In this document: positions 1 through 10,646 of the stretch, piece after piece
Layout: each line of letters opens with the position of its first letter
Numbering within the stretch: position 1 is the stretch's first letter
IMG/VR virus record: IMGVR_UViG_3300042350_004528
Coordinates: 62,001 to 126,000 of that record
Direction: 5' to 3' (one strand)
DNA length: 64,000 bases
Notes under the pieces: generated by a model
Databases searched by the model: none
What the model was told of the DNA's origin: nothing
The model's input: only the letters and a program-made list of their open reading frames with translations
Made by a program: the position numbers and the translations under genes

Positions 1-2861
1 TCTCCCATGGATATATAATCATCTGTTATTGTATTAAACGTTAGAGATGGTAAGTCTTCAGATCTAGCATAATTTAAACTCCTACTTAAATCCGAATTAA
101 TCGATATATTTTTTAAATTTTCATTCATTGAGGCGTAAAAACCACCAAATACATTATTATTACCTTTTAAAAAAGTAGGTTTATCTTTATATTTTTCATT
201 GTCAACAGAATTAACTATTAAATCAATTTTTAAATCACAATAATAATTAGTGTTAGGTTTTAAATCAATATAATGTTTTATTTCGGTTGGTTTTTGATCT
301 GAATGTATTGAATAAAGATTTATATTATTATTTGTTAATTTATAGGTTATTTTATCATATAAAAAATTATTACCCACACCAATTAATTTACCAGTACCGT
401 CATCTCTATTAGCTGGCGATTTAAGTACATTATTTAATTTACTAATACTCGCATTATAATTCGATTGTGTGTATGTATTACTAGTATAATTAGATAGTTC
501 TGTAAAAATTGGTTTAAGTACCGATTTTGCATTTTCAACTGTCCCATCACCAAATTTAATGTATTTTAAGCCAAAATTTCCAACATTTGTGTAATTAACA
601 CCGTCTTCCGTTAACGTTCTTGTTGCTCTAGCTAAATCATTTGCTATGACAAATTTATTTTGATCGCTAGCCATTTTATCAAAAACATTTTTTGTCACAC
701 CAACAATCTCAAATTCAGCAAGTTTTTGTGCAACGTTTGATCCAAAGTTAGTTATAGACCTATATGGTAAACCAGAATAAGCTGAAAATAATGAGTATTT
801 ACTATATAACTCACCTAAAATTCTACTAGTTTCTTTAGATGGGTATACCGCTAAATCTGGCTCACCGAGTTGAAATAGCGATAGTATATTAGTTGGGTTT
901 GATTGTTTTACCCCTGTTTTTTGTGGACTCGCAAAAGCTTTGATTCTATCCAAAGCTTTATAAATTTCTTCAACAAAATTAACTTCAAACCATTCATTAT
1001 TAATTGTTTCATTACCTGGATATGCCAATGTTACCCTTTCAGTGCTTTTACCATTAATATATTCTGTTTTTGTTTTGTAATAATTTGGAAATGGCGTGTG
1101 TATTATGTTACCAAATTCTTTCTTGTAATCACTAAATTTTTTTTGAATGTTTATTCTTTGTGTATTTGTTTCAAGTTGTCTTAAAGCACTTCTACCCGTA
1201 ATATCCAATAGTATTAAAAATGTTTGCATATTATTGGATAAAATCCTTAATATGTTACTCATATTTGGTTTATAACCCAAAGTTATACCGATATTATTAA
1301 TTTGTTCTGTTATAAAATTTTCTTCAACAGTTGCCTGTAATTTTGATATATTTTTAAAAACAATTGACATCATTTCATTGTAATTATCTAAAAAAACAAC
1401 ATTTTTAATATCTTTTGCGTCTGTACCGTTATATAAAAAAATATCAAGAGTTAATATTTTATCTATCTTAAAGTTTTTGGTTGATGTGTATTTTTTAAAT
1501 AGTAAACTATTGGGGTCGCTTTCTGGGTTATTTGTAAACTGTACTTGTTTAATTTCGTTTATTAAATCATTTGCAAATGTTGTTTCCCCGCCAGACGATG
1601 TTTTAATATTGGCTATATTTTTTATAGCCTCGTTCATCGTGTTAAGATATTGAAAAAGTTGCGTTGGGGATTCGTTTTGTTCAACAACCACAAAACTACC
1701 ACCCTCTTCTGGTATTGGTTGATATAGGATTATATTATTTTCACTAGTGACTATTTTATAATTATCTGGCGAATTTGATATAAAATTTCTAACTGAAGGA
1801 TCGTAATTCTCTAATACGTTTTTTTCTTTTAATAGAATTTCATTATAATCGATAGCCTCATCGGTTCTAATTGTGTTAATAACATCCGCTGGTATTTTTT
1901 TTAACGCCTCAGCTAAATCAAATAATGTGGGGTAACTATCTATTATGTAATTTTCATATTGTTGAATATTATTATTAACCGATTCTTTTATTTTTTGATT
2001 TTGTTTATCGTATAATGATGTTAATATTTTTTTACCCAAAAAACTACCATCTTCAAGTTGGTACATATAAGGTGCAACATAAGCATATATTATTAAAAAA
2101 GTATTAAATAAAGCAAATATTTCACTTTGAAATTCAGCTGTTATATTATAGTTCCCAGTTGATGGGTCAAATCTTGTATTTGATTTTAATAAAACTAACG
2201 GAACTTCAACAGCCTTACCATAATAACCTTTATATGTTAAAAGAAATTTTGGGTAAGGATATGTATAAAAAATATTGTACGGGTTATCTTTTTCGTTACC
2301 ACGTTCAAATAAAACTCTACCTTGTACATCTGTAAATTGTATTGTAATTAATGGTAAATTACTTGCATTAATTCGTATACTAATATTTGTAATACCAAAT
2401 GTTTCTGGGTCTAATAAATAATCACTATTTTGTTTGTCATTTGCTGAATCACTTGTAAAAAAATCTGTCCACTCTGAAGTGAATTTTCCTTTATTTCTAT
2501 ACGAACCATCAGCTCTTTTTTCATTTTTTAACGGATTTAAAAAATTTATGTTAATAGCTTCAGAGATATTTTCTTGTCTTCTTGTGTTACCGCCACTATT
2601 AACAACAGCAGATTGGGGTCTTTTATAAACTTTTAATGACGCATATATTACCAAATCTTCTTGTTTTACATATCGATCAACGATTTCATTGTACTGATTA
2701 ACAACTTTGTTTGGGTCGATAACTAAAACACCCTGATTTTCTTTTCTTTTTAAATCTTCGGGTTTTAATAAATAAGGATTTGTGGTAACTTTACTTACAC
2801 CATCAACAGAATTACCACCTTTTTTAAATAATATTTTTTCGTTAATTCCGTTAATCGCCAT
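1..2861 (-). CDS. Large baseplate/tail hub-like structural protein (partial; runs off the window start)
   Basis: Absent from the ORF track because it has no stop in the window. ATG at 2861 (MAINGINEKILFKKGGNS...) overlaps the stop of the next gene. Segments I translated, including the last bases (EDLPSLTFNTITDDYISMG), are in the same frame. FGITNISIRINASNLPLITIQFTDVQGR resembles hub proteins; tail-module context. Confidence 0.6.
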   Translation of the reverse strand, partial: MAINGINEKILFKKGGNSVDGVSKVTTNPYLLKPEDLKRKENQGVLVIDPNKVVNQYNEIVDRYVKQEDLVIYASLKVYKRPQSAVVNSGGNTRRQENISEAININFLNPLKNEKRADGSYRNKGKFTSEWTDFFTSDSANDKQNSDYLLDPETFGITNISIRINASNLPLITIQFTDVQGRVLFERGNEKDNPYNIFYTYPYPKFLLTYKGYYGKAVEVPLVLLKSNTRFDPSTGNYNITAEFQSEIFALFNTFLIIYAYVAPYMYQLEDGSFLGKKILTSLYDKQNQKIKESVNNNIQQYENYIIDSYPTLFDLAEALKKIPADVINTIRTDEAIDYNEILLKEKNVLENYDPSVRNFISNSPDNYKIVTSENNIILYQPIPEEGGSFVVVEQNESPTQLFQYLNTMNEAIKNIANIKTSSGGETTFANDLINEIKQVQFTNNPESDPNSLLFKKYTSTKNFKIDKILTLDIFLYNGTDAKDIKNVVFLDNYNEMMSIVFKNISKLQATVEENFITEQINNIGITLGYKPNMSNILRILSNNMQTFLILLDITGRSALRQLETNTQRINIQKKFSDYKKEFGNIIHTPFPNYYKTKTEYINGKSTERVTLAYPGNETINNEWFEVNFVEEIYKALDRIKAFASPQKTGVKQSNPTNILSLFQLGEPDLAVYPSKETSRILGELYSKYSLFSAYSGLPYRSITNFGSNVAQKLAEFEIVGVTKNVFDKMASDQNKFVIANDLARATRTLTEDGVNYTNVGNFGLKYIKFGDGTVENAKSVLKPIFTELSNYTSNTYTQSNYNASISKLNNVLKSPANRDDGTGKLIGVGNNFLYDKITYKLTNNNINLYSIHSDQKPTEIKHYIDLKPNTNYYCDLKIDLIVNSVDNEKYKDKPTFLKGNNNVFGGFYASMNENLKNISINSDLSRSLNYARSEDLPSLTFNTITDDYISMG

Positions 2862-3171
2862 AATAATCTAATCGTTGAACTAGTTTTCTTTCATATTCTC
2901 TTAATGTAACATCCAATGGTTGTGGTATTCTAACCGCTTGACCATCCTTAATGTTCCACTCTAAACCACCAAATTCGGGATTCGCCATCAATATTAACCA
3001 AGAGTAATAAGGTACTCCATAATATTCTTGACTAACTTTATCTAACCTGGTTTTTCTAATGTCGTAAATTATCATAGTATCCGTACTCTTTTCGTCCAAT
3101 TTGACAAAAGGGGGTGATATGATTGTTTCATCATTATTTAATTTTTTATATCTGTTGTAATACCCTGACAT
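2851..3171 (-). CDS. LysM-like baseplate wedge protein (T4 gp53 / P2 gpX-like)
   Basis: RLDKVSQEYYGVPYYSWLILMANP...GQAVRIP is the LysM-like pattern of gp53/tail-X proteins; lies in the baseplate cluster. Confidence 0.7.
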   Translation of the reverse strand: MSGYYNRYKKLNNDETIISPPFVKLDEKSTDTMIIYDIRKTRLDKVSQEYYGVPYYSWLILMANPEFGGLEWNIKDGQAVRIPQPLDVTLREYERKLVQRLDYYGD

Positions 3172-3172
3172 A

Positions 3173-6100
3173 TTATATTATACCCAATTCTTTTTGATAT
3201 TTATTAAATTCTGTTTCGGTTGCTTTTTCAATAATTTCTGGATCCTCGCTTTGGGATGTAATATTAAACAAACCTCTTGTATTTGTAAACAAGATATAGT
3301 TATATAGTGAACTACCTTTAACTTCATAAGTGTCTTTTATAACAACAGTATAGTCGTCAACACCACCTTTTAATAGTTTATTGGCAATAAAGTCTGGTTT
3401 AAAAATGGTGTATGTTTCATTATCAATTAATATCTTATTTAGTTTTTTTACTACATTTTCTTCATTTTTAATGTATTCGTTATAAAGTGGATTAGTTTTT
3501 TGATTTGCAGCTGTCACATAATCTTTTATAATTGTAAATATAGACGTTAATATATTATCAATTTTAGCTAATTTTTTATCCTGTTGTTGTTTTTTAGCTT
3601 TTTCGTTTCCTGTGATACCCTTTGTTGGTTTTTCAGCTAAAATCTTTTTAGATAAATCGGCTTTATCCGTATCACTTAAATCGGCAAAAATTTTAATAAA
3701 AAATAGGTCTATAAAACCACTTAAATTTATTGTATCACCACTCATTGTGTTATAGTTTGTTGAACTTTGTTTTGGTACAAATTGTATTAAACTTTTTGGT
3801 ATAATATAGTTATATGGTACAAAATCATTTATTTGATTTATAATTGATTCGGTTACAGTTCCAGCTGTACTTCCAGTACTTAATGTGTAATAACTTATAT
3901 TTGTATTTACAAAATTTGCGTTATCACCATAATAAAACAAACTGGTTAAATCATTAGCGACTACTTGCGTATAAAAATCTTTAGACTCATCAAATTTTAT
4001 ATCTAAATCAAATTTTTTAGACATAAAATTATCATTTAACATTATATCTAGCGCTTTGTTTGAAAACTCAAAAAATTCATAATTTAATTTTTCAAAGGTA
4101 TAAGTCATCGGATAATGTTCGGCGTAGGATCCTGTTGTATCGTCATTACCTGTTGGTTGAACGCTCAATGTAGTTGTCGTACCAGGAATTGCGTTTTTAT
4201 CATACGATAAATTTAATGTAATTCCACTTGTAACCTCAAAGTTTGCGGCTGTTGGGGATAACGAAACGTTATTTTTAATCGCAACAGATTCAGGTAAGCT
4301 ATTATTAAATGTATATGCGTTACCCGAAATTTGTTGTATTTTTGAATCTTTAGATATTTGTTTAAAGAAATAGTTTCCGTTACCCAAAGACAAAAATTTA
4401 AGTTTATTACCGTAATTTAATTCAGAGTCATCAATAACAATTTTAATGTCAGCAAATTCTAATAATTCATAATTATTAAATGACATTGTTTTATATTTGT
4501 AATATGGGTCATAACCAAAAAGTGTTTCAGCCGAAGTTTTTAGTTTGTACTCATTCGGTATCACTTCGTATCTATATGTTTTTGTTTCGTCAGTTTTAAT
4601 ATCATAACCATCTAAAACAACAGACAAACCATTTACCAAACTAACCAATTTTCCAGTATTTCTTTCCAAATCACGTAAAACAACCCTTTTTTCTTCAGTA
4701 ACACCACTAATGTATGTTTTTAATTTTTCAATTAAAAAATCAGTAAATATCTTTTGGTGCGTAGATTCAAAATTTTGTAAATATTGGTCAAAAACATTTT
4801 TGCTTTTATCAGTTTTATGCCAAAAATGACATAAATTTAATTTAATCTTAAGAGCCATTTCCTCACCTAAAGCTAAAACAATATCATTTATGTTTTCACT
4901 GTAATCAGTATAATTTTTAAAATAAAAACCAGCAACTTCCGCATTTGTCTTTGTTGTGTTGCTTTGATAACCACCTGTAAAGTTGCCTGGATCAAACCTA
5001 CTTAAATCATCGAATGTGCCAGCTGTTGAAACTAACGTATTACCATCACCAATTTTATACATATAATTTTGTGGATTAAGATGTAATTTTAATGGCGATA
5101 ATTTAGCCGTTTTCATTTGATCGGATAAATTTTTATTTAATAAATCATACGAGCCATACTCAACATAATTTCTTTCAATAGCTTCTTTATCAAAAATAGT
5201 AAATAAGTTATACTTACCATTTGTTGTACCAGTTGTTATACCAGTTATATCATTAAAAACATCATCGTTATTTGGAAGTAAGCCCATCTCGGCTAAAGGA
5301 TCCGTAAGGTCAATACCCTGATTACTTGTCGTTGAGCCAGTTGTGCCAGTTATTATATTATTTGAATTTGTTTTTGTTAACCTTTTATTATAGTTTTTAT
5401 TTAAAACCAAATCCATTAATGTCATGTTTGAATCCGTAACTGTGTTAAAATTCATATTACCATTAAAAACTTCAGCATATGTTTCATAAAGTTGTTTAAA
5501 TATATCCCTATAATGTACCTCATACCAATTAAAGTAGGATTTGTCCAGATATTGATTTGGGTTGTTTGGGTCTTTCGACACGTTACTAAATTCTAAAACA
5601 AACGCCTGTTCTCCATAATTTCTCCACTTTATTTCTTCCCAATACTTTTTATTTGTTACTGGGGCTTGCGATCCATTTAATGTATTCTGAGTCAATAAAT
5701 CCTTTTCATTATCAGCTTTTCTTAGATAAAATTTACCTTGGTCGGAAACTATTTCATATGGTTGATATACTGTTGATTGGTTATATGCGTTCGCTGTAAA
5801 CAAATCCATAGAATAATTACCACCTGGTGTCGTTGGTATTCTTTTTTTAGTAATTACACCGATAGTTCCATATGGAACGTCATCAAGGAAATCGGCTGGA
5901 ACTATTCTCTCAGCAGCAGCTACAATTGGTATTAAATCTAATGTATTATTATCAAAGAAACTTCTTTCTAAATTAATTAAATTTCTTTCAAATAAATCTT
6001 TGTTCGCAAATGTTCTATCATCGTAAACATCAGCATTGGCATAATAGTTAAAAGATAACGCATTTTGTAACTCGTCAACATATTTTCTTAGGCCAGAACC

Positions 6101-9100
6101 ACCAATGTATTTAAAACTTAATTGTACATCGGCAATCATTGGTTGTGCCCCAATGCCCTCTGGGTTTAAATCCCAAACAAGTGGTTCATAAGATATGCTC
6201 AAATTATCAATTGCGATTTTTGTATGATAAAAATCGCCAATTCTTAAAACGCAAATAGGTGGTTTACCAAATGCTGTGTTTGAAGCATCGCAAGAGTCTT
6301 CACCATGTTTTCTTTTTATGGTTTCGCCTGGTCTTAAGCATTGTTGCAAAAATGTTAATCTAGCGTTTAATCCTTCGGGTGTAATCGCATGAAATGCTGG
6401 TTGGAAATACTTTAATTTTTGTTTTAAAGAATCGTACATAAAAGGTGTATCTGCTCTAAGTAATTCAAAATAATCACATTCGGTGATCATTTTGTTAATA
6501 ATTCTTTGCGCAATTTCTCTTTTTGTAACATTTTCGTATGTAAGTGGTTTTTCTTCTTGTGTGATAATCGTAGTTTCAACTGGAATGGCTTCTTTTGGTT
6601 TTTTAATTTCCTCTGGCTTGTTGATAACCTCCACTTTAATTTCAGCTCTTCTCGCAAACGAACTTACAATTGATAGTGCACCACAAACAACATCTTTATA
6701 TGGTCTGTCAATTTTAGCCTCAATTGTGCCAATGTGACTTGAATTAACACCTGGTATCCAATTACCTGTTATTGCTTTTTTAGCTAAAGCGTCTGTCTCA
6801 AAACAACAATATTTAACCTTTGTTGTGCTATTAGGGTCTGGTGCGTCAACCGTGTAAAAAATATTTTTATTTGGGCCAGCTGTCTGTGGATTTGGTATCA
6901 TTTCTTTTATAGCATCCGTTGATGTAATACCTTTTGCTTCAGTTAATACAAAAGTAATCGTATCTTTTGTATCTGGCTTAGCACCATCTCTTTTAAAACT
7001 TACAATTGATTGTGTCCCAGTATATAGTTGTTCTAAGTAACTATCAAACCAATCATTAGCCTCAAGTGGGTCATCATTGTCATAATAAATTTTACCCAAA
7101 TCACCTTTACTAATTACCTTTGTTACTAACCATTTAAGTGTTGAAATAAACCTTCTTCTTGATAATATGTTGTTATAATTTGCCGTACCTTGGTCTGGGC
7201 CCAAAGGTGATGCGTGTGTTTCTATTGTAATTTTTAAATCAAATCCTTTATACTTTGGATCGGATAAATCTTGTTCAATAGTTTGAAACTGTTTTTGCAT
7301 ACCGTACCACTTTGGTTTTCCAGATTCGGTTGATTCCATGTAATTTTCGGCGGAATCTTTTCCTATTGTATAATTATATCTAATCCATTCTGGTGGTATT
7401 ATACCCGATGATCTATAATTATTTTTAATTGCTTCAGCATTATTAGTTATATCAACACCCTTTGTTAATTCATAATATCTTGTAAATAAAATATCAAAAG
7501 ATTCTATTTTACCAGTATCATATATTGGGCTAATATTTTTATCAAAATCATTAGGCCTTAATGGTACATCATTTTCAAAAAATAAACAATCTCCATCAAT
7601 TATTGATTTTGGTTTTTCTCTATCAATAGTTATTGTTTGGTCAGCTTCGGGTTGTTTGTACGTTATTACCTTTTCAAGTTTTGGTTTTAATTTTTCATTT
7701 GATTTTGTTAAATCAAGATCACCAATAACTTTTTTAAAATAATCAATATCAGATTGTGTGAATTGATTCCATATTCTTGCTAACTCAAAAACATCAAAAT
7801 CTAAACAACCAGCCCAAAAAGCTGCGAGTAATTCATCAACTTCACCGTCTGTTAATCTTGCTAATTCTTTCTGAGTTAATAAATTTAATATTGATGGGTG
7901 ATCAACAACAATTTTCCAACTTAATGTTCCAGTTCTTTCTGAATTATTATATGTGTAAATTGGTTCGGGTCTACCTAAAAATTGATGGGTTGTCCAATTT
8001 GCAGATGTGTTGTCAGTAAATTTAATATCATATGGTGGAAACCACATAACTCTACCACCATTAGGGCCTTTTTCGCAAGCTGGTAAATCTGTTTTACCAT
8101 AATAGTTGTTTGCTTTATAATCTCTCCAAGCTAAGTTTTCAATTGAAAACATGTATTTTCTTGCACGTCTTTCACCAAAATATTCAACAACGGCATCACC
8201 AGAACCATCACCTAGTCGGCCATAACCAGTATTAACATTTAACTCAGATGGAAATATATTGTAATTACCAAATCTATCGATAACGGAATTTCGCTCCTTT
8301 CTTATTAATTCTTTATATCTAACTAAGTCTGTTACTTTATTGTAAGGTTTAATTTTTGTCCAAACACGACAAAGCTCAGCTTCGTTATACATTTCTCTAT
8401 CACTTCTTTTCCCTGTTGGATCTAAACCTGGAACTAAATAACGATAACCAATAACATCACCTTGTTTATTTAATCTTTCTGTTTTCTTTGGTAATATGGT
8501 TCCGTTTGCTCTAGACATAAAATCATAACCATCGTAAAATTTGGTTATGGTTTGATCAATAGGCGAATTAAACACACCAAATTCAGTTTGAATTCCTTTT
8601 TCAAGCAATTGGCTTGTTGTGTATAATATTGAACATTCTCTAAAATTACCTTGTTTAAATTTGTTTACACTCAATAATGAGCTAGTACCATCTATGTTAA
8701 TTGGTACTGGTTGTGCTTTTTGATTTGTTTTGAAATCAAAAGCTTTATCTTGAGCTGTTGATGATTTCCAAATAAAGTGCGTTTTAACCGAACCGTATTC
8801 ACTCACACCTTGTGGTCTGTCAATACCATCCGTATCAGATCCGCTGTAACCTGGTTCTTCATATTGATTTATAAGGGTTAAATTACCCTTTTTAAGCGAT
8901 TCGACAATAGCTTGGTTACTTCTAACCTGATGTCCATCGGCATCTTGTAGTAAATAAAAAGGATCGTCATACTTACCTTTATTTCCGATATAATATCTAC
9001 CCTCTGGTGTTTCACCAGCTCCTATACCAAAGTAACCACCAATTTTTCTTAACTCTTGTAACTCTTCTTGCCCTAAGAATAGTGTTGTTTCTTGATCGGC

Positions 9101-10630
9101 TAAATAATCTGGTTGGTATTTGTTTTTACCAACATTATAAAATAAAGAATATCTTTGGCCTGAACCAGTTCTTCTTATAAAATACCCATCTCTATCTTCT
9201 TTTCTTGTTACTTGTTTACCCAATAAATTATCAATAAATTTGGCAAAGCCGCTTTTTGGTTCGCCGTCTGAATTAAATTCAACAACATTACCAAAACATT
9301 TAGGCGCCAAATCATCGTCAGTACTCATCGCAAAATCAAATGCTATTGGATTTGTAACACCAGCTAAACTACCAGCAAATTCTGCGGCTTTTCCTAATGT
9401 AGTCGATGCCACACTAATTTCATAATTTCTTTCAAATAAATTAAACCAACCAAACGGATTTCTAACGATATTAGCCGCAGCAATTGGATTTGTTAAAGCT
9501 TCATCTAAGTTTGTACCGCCAAGAGTTTTTCTTTCAATAGCACGTTTAATTCTACTTTCAAAATTAAATTTTAACTCTAAAGCGGCAATATTCATCAATA
9601 ACGTTTCGTTTGTTAACGGAGGCGTTCCACCGTTTAATAAAAACGACATAGGATCCGCAGAATTTGTCATAATTGCTAACGGATTTATTGATGTTTGTAT
9701 GTTTAAGAATGAACTTGGTTCATATTCTTGTGGCCCAGCATAATTAAAAACACCAGAATTATAAGCATCCACATATGGTTTACTAAAAACGTCTGGTTTT
9801 AAACTTAGAACTGTTGGTTCAAATTGATTGATCTCAACTGGAAAATATCTATTTTGTTGTAATTGTAGTTGCAATGCAACTTCTGGCGTCTGATTTGAAA
9901 GTAACGATACGCTTATGGCATTTGGTATATTTAAATCGTTAATTAACGTTAGTTTACCAATTGATTGCAATAATGAGGTATATGTGTAACCACCTTGGCT
10001 TAAATAATCATATAACGGATCATTTTCTGAAGGGTCACTAATATTAATTGGTTTGTTTTTCTTAAATAATTTTTGTCTTTCTACATTCGCGGCGTTATCA
10101 ACTGTACCTGGGTTTAACACAACACTGTCACCAATTGATGTGTCTTGACCAATTCCACTAAGATACCCAGAAGATATATTTGCTAAAATATCTGGTGGTG
10201 TTTGTAAGTTTCTATTTAAATTCTTTTGTCTCGGATTGATAGAATCAGTCACAACATTACCAGGATTGGTTACGTTATAATCGTTGATGTCAGTTGGTAA
10301 GCCTCTACCAGAAAGGTATTGTTGAGTTAAACTTTGATTTGCGGTGATATTACCTATACCAGTTGCAATTTCATTAGGTGTTTGTAAGTTTTTATTTAAA
10401 TTCTTTTGTCTTGGGTTGACAGAATCGGTCACAACATTACCAGGATCGGTTAATTTAACCGAAGCCTTATCTGTTTTAATAACCGCATCCTTACCTAATG
10501 CATCAATATATGCCGCATATAACGCAGCACCACTCAAATCAACCAAACCCAGAACAACATCTGGTGGTGTTTTTAAATTTAATTTTAGAACCTCGTCTCT
10601 AAATTGTTCAGAAAATATCTTAAGACCCAT
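3173..10630 (-). CDS. 2485-aa multidomain baseplate/tail-initiator protein (two tube-like hub segments, OmpA-like domain, CBM-like motif, N-terminal repeats)
   Basis: Tube-initiator-like segments (WFPPYDIKFTDNTSANWTTHQFLGRPEPIYTYNNSERTG; PPICVLRIGDFYHTKIAIDNLSISYEP). OmpA-like ETHAS...YNNILSRRR motif. Directly downstream of the tape measure gene. Confidence 0.65.
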   Translation of the reverse strand: MGLKIFSEQFRDEVLKLNLKTPPDVVLGLVDLSGAALYAAYIDALGKDAVIKTDKASVKLTDPGNVVTDSVNPRQKNLNKNLQTPNEIATGIGNITANQSLTQQYLSGRGLPTDINDYNVTNPGNVVTDSINPRQKNLNRNLQTPPDILANISSGYLSGIGQDTSIGDSVVLNPGTVDNAANVERQKLFKKNKPINISDPSENDPLYDYLSQGGYTYTSLLQSIGKLTLINDLNIPNAISVSLLSNQTPEVALQLQLQQNRYFPVEINQFEPTVLSLKPDVFSKPYVDAYNSGVFNYAGPQEYEPSSFLNIQTSINPLAIMTNSADPMSFLLNGGTPPLTNETLLMNIAALELKFNFESRIKRAIERKTLGGTNLDEALTNPIAAANIVRNPFGWFNLFERNYEISVASTTLGKAAEFAGSLAGVTNPIAFDFAMSTDDDLAPKCFGNVVEFNSDGEPKSGFAKFIDNLLGKQVTRKEDRDGYFIRRTGSGQRYSLFYNVGKNKYQPDYLADQETTLFLGQEELQELRKIGGYFGIGAGETPEGRYYIGNKGKYDDPFYLLQDADGHQVRSNQAIVESLKKGNLTLINQYEEPGYSGSDTDGIDRPQGVSEYGSVKTHFIWKSSTAQDKAFDFKTNQKAQPVPINIDGTSSLLSVNKFKQGNFRECSILYTTSQLLEKGIQTEFGVFNSPIDQTITKFYDGYDFMSRANGTILPKKTERLNKQGDVIGYRYLVPGLDPTGKRSDREMYNEAELCRVWTKIKPYNKVTDLVRYKELIRKERNSVIDRFGNYNIFPSELNVNTGYGRLGDGSGDAVVEYFGERRARKYMFSIENLAWRDYKANNYYGKTDLPACEKGPNGGRVMWFPPYDIKFTDNTSANWTTHQFLGRPEPIYTYNNSERTGTLSWKIVVDHPSILNLLTQKELARLTDGEVDELLAAFWAGCLDFDVFELARIWNQFTQSDIDYFKKVIGDLDLTKSNEKLKPKLEKVITYKQPEADQTITIDREKPKSIIDGDCLFFENDVPLRPNDFDKNISPIYDTGKIESFDILFTRYYELTKGVDITNNAEAIKNNYRSSGIIPPEWIRYNYTIGKDSAENYMESTESGKPKWYGMQKQFQTIEQDLSDPKYKGFDLKITIETHASPLGPDQGTANYNNILSRRRFISTLKWLVTKVISKGDLGKIYYDNDDPLEANDWFDSYLEQLYTGTQSIVSFKRDGAKPDTKDTITFVLTEAKGITSTDAIKEMIPNPQTAGPNKNIFYTVDAPDPNSTTKVKYCCFETDALAKKAITGNWIPGVNSSHIGTIEAKIDRPYKDVVCGALSIVSSFARRAEIKVEVINKPEEIKKPKEAIPVETTIITQEEKPLTYENVTKREIAQRIINKMITECDYFELLRADTPFMYDSLKQKLKYFQPAFHAITPEGLNARLTFLQQCLRPGETIKRKHGEDSCDASNTAFGKPPICVLRIGDFYHTKIAIDNLSISYEPLVWDLNPEGIGAQPMIADVQLSFKYIGGSGLRKYVDELQNALSFNYYANADVYDDRTFANKDLFERNLINLERSFFDNNTLDLIPIVAAAERIVPADFLDDVPYGTIGVITKKRIPTTPGGNYSMDLFTANAYNQSTVYQPYEIVSDQGKFYLRKADNEKDLLTQNTLNGSQAPVTNKKYWEEIKWRNYGEQAFVLEFSNVSKDPNNPNQYLDKSYFNWYEVHYRDIFKQLYETYAEVFNGNMNFNTVTDSNMTLMDLVLNKNYNKRLTKTNSNNIITGTTGSTTSNQGIDLTDPLAEMGLLPNNDDVFNDITGITTGTTNGKYNLFTIFDKEAIERNYVEYGSYDLLNKNLSDQMKTAKLSPLKLHLNPQNYMYKIGDGNTLVSTAGTFDDLSRFDPGNFTGGYQSNTTKTNAEVAGFYFKNYTDYSENINDIVLALGEEMALKIKLNLCHFWHKTDKSKNVFDQYLQNFESTHQKIFTDFLIEKLKTYISGVTEEKRVVLRDLERNTGKLVSLVNGLSVVLDGYDIKTDETKTYRYEVIPNEYKLKTSAETLFGYDPYYKYKTMSFNNYELLEFADIKIVIDDSELNYGNKLKFLSLGNGNYFFKQISKDSKIQQISGNAYTFNNSLPESVAIKNNVSLSPTAANFEVTSGITLNLSYDKNAIPGTTTTLSVQPTGNDDTTGSYAEHYPMTYTFEKLNYEFFEFSNKALDIMLNDNFMSKKFDLDIKFDESKDFYTQVVANDLTSLFYYGDNANFVNTNISYYTLSTGSTAGTVTESIINQINDFVPYNYIIPKSLIQFVPKQSSTNYNTMSGDTINLSGFIDLFFIKIFADLSDTDKADLSKKILAEKPTKGITGNEKAKKQQQDKKLAKIDNILTSIFTIIKDYVTAANQKTNPLYNEYIKNEENVVKKLNKILIDNETYTIFKPDFIANKLLKGGVDDYTVVIKDTYEVKGSSLYNYILFTNTRGLFNITSQSEDPEIIEKATETEFNKYQKELGII
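10197..10452 (-). repeat. Two near-identical ~75-bp direct repeats 180 bp apart, encoding PGNVVTDS(V/I)NPRQKNLN(K/R)NLQTP
   Basis: 10197-10272 vs 10377-10452 align with few mismatches; degenerate copies flank them. Confidence 0.9.
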
Positions 10631-10646
10631 TTTATTGAATAAATTT

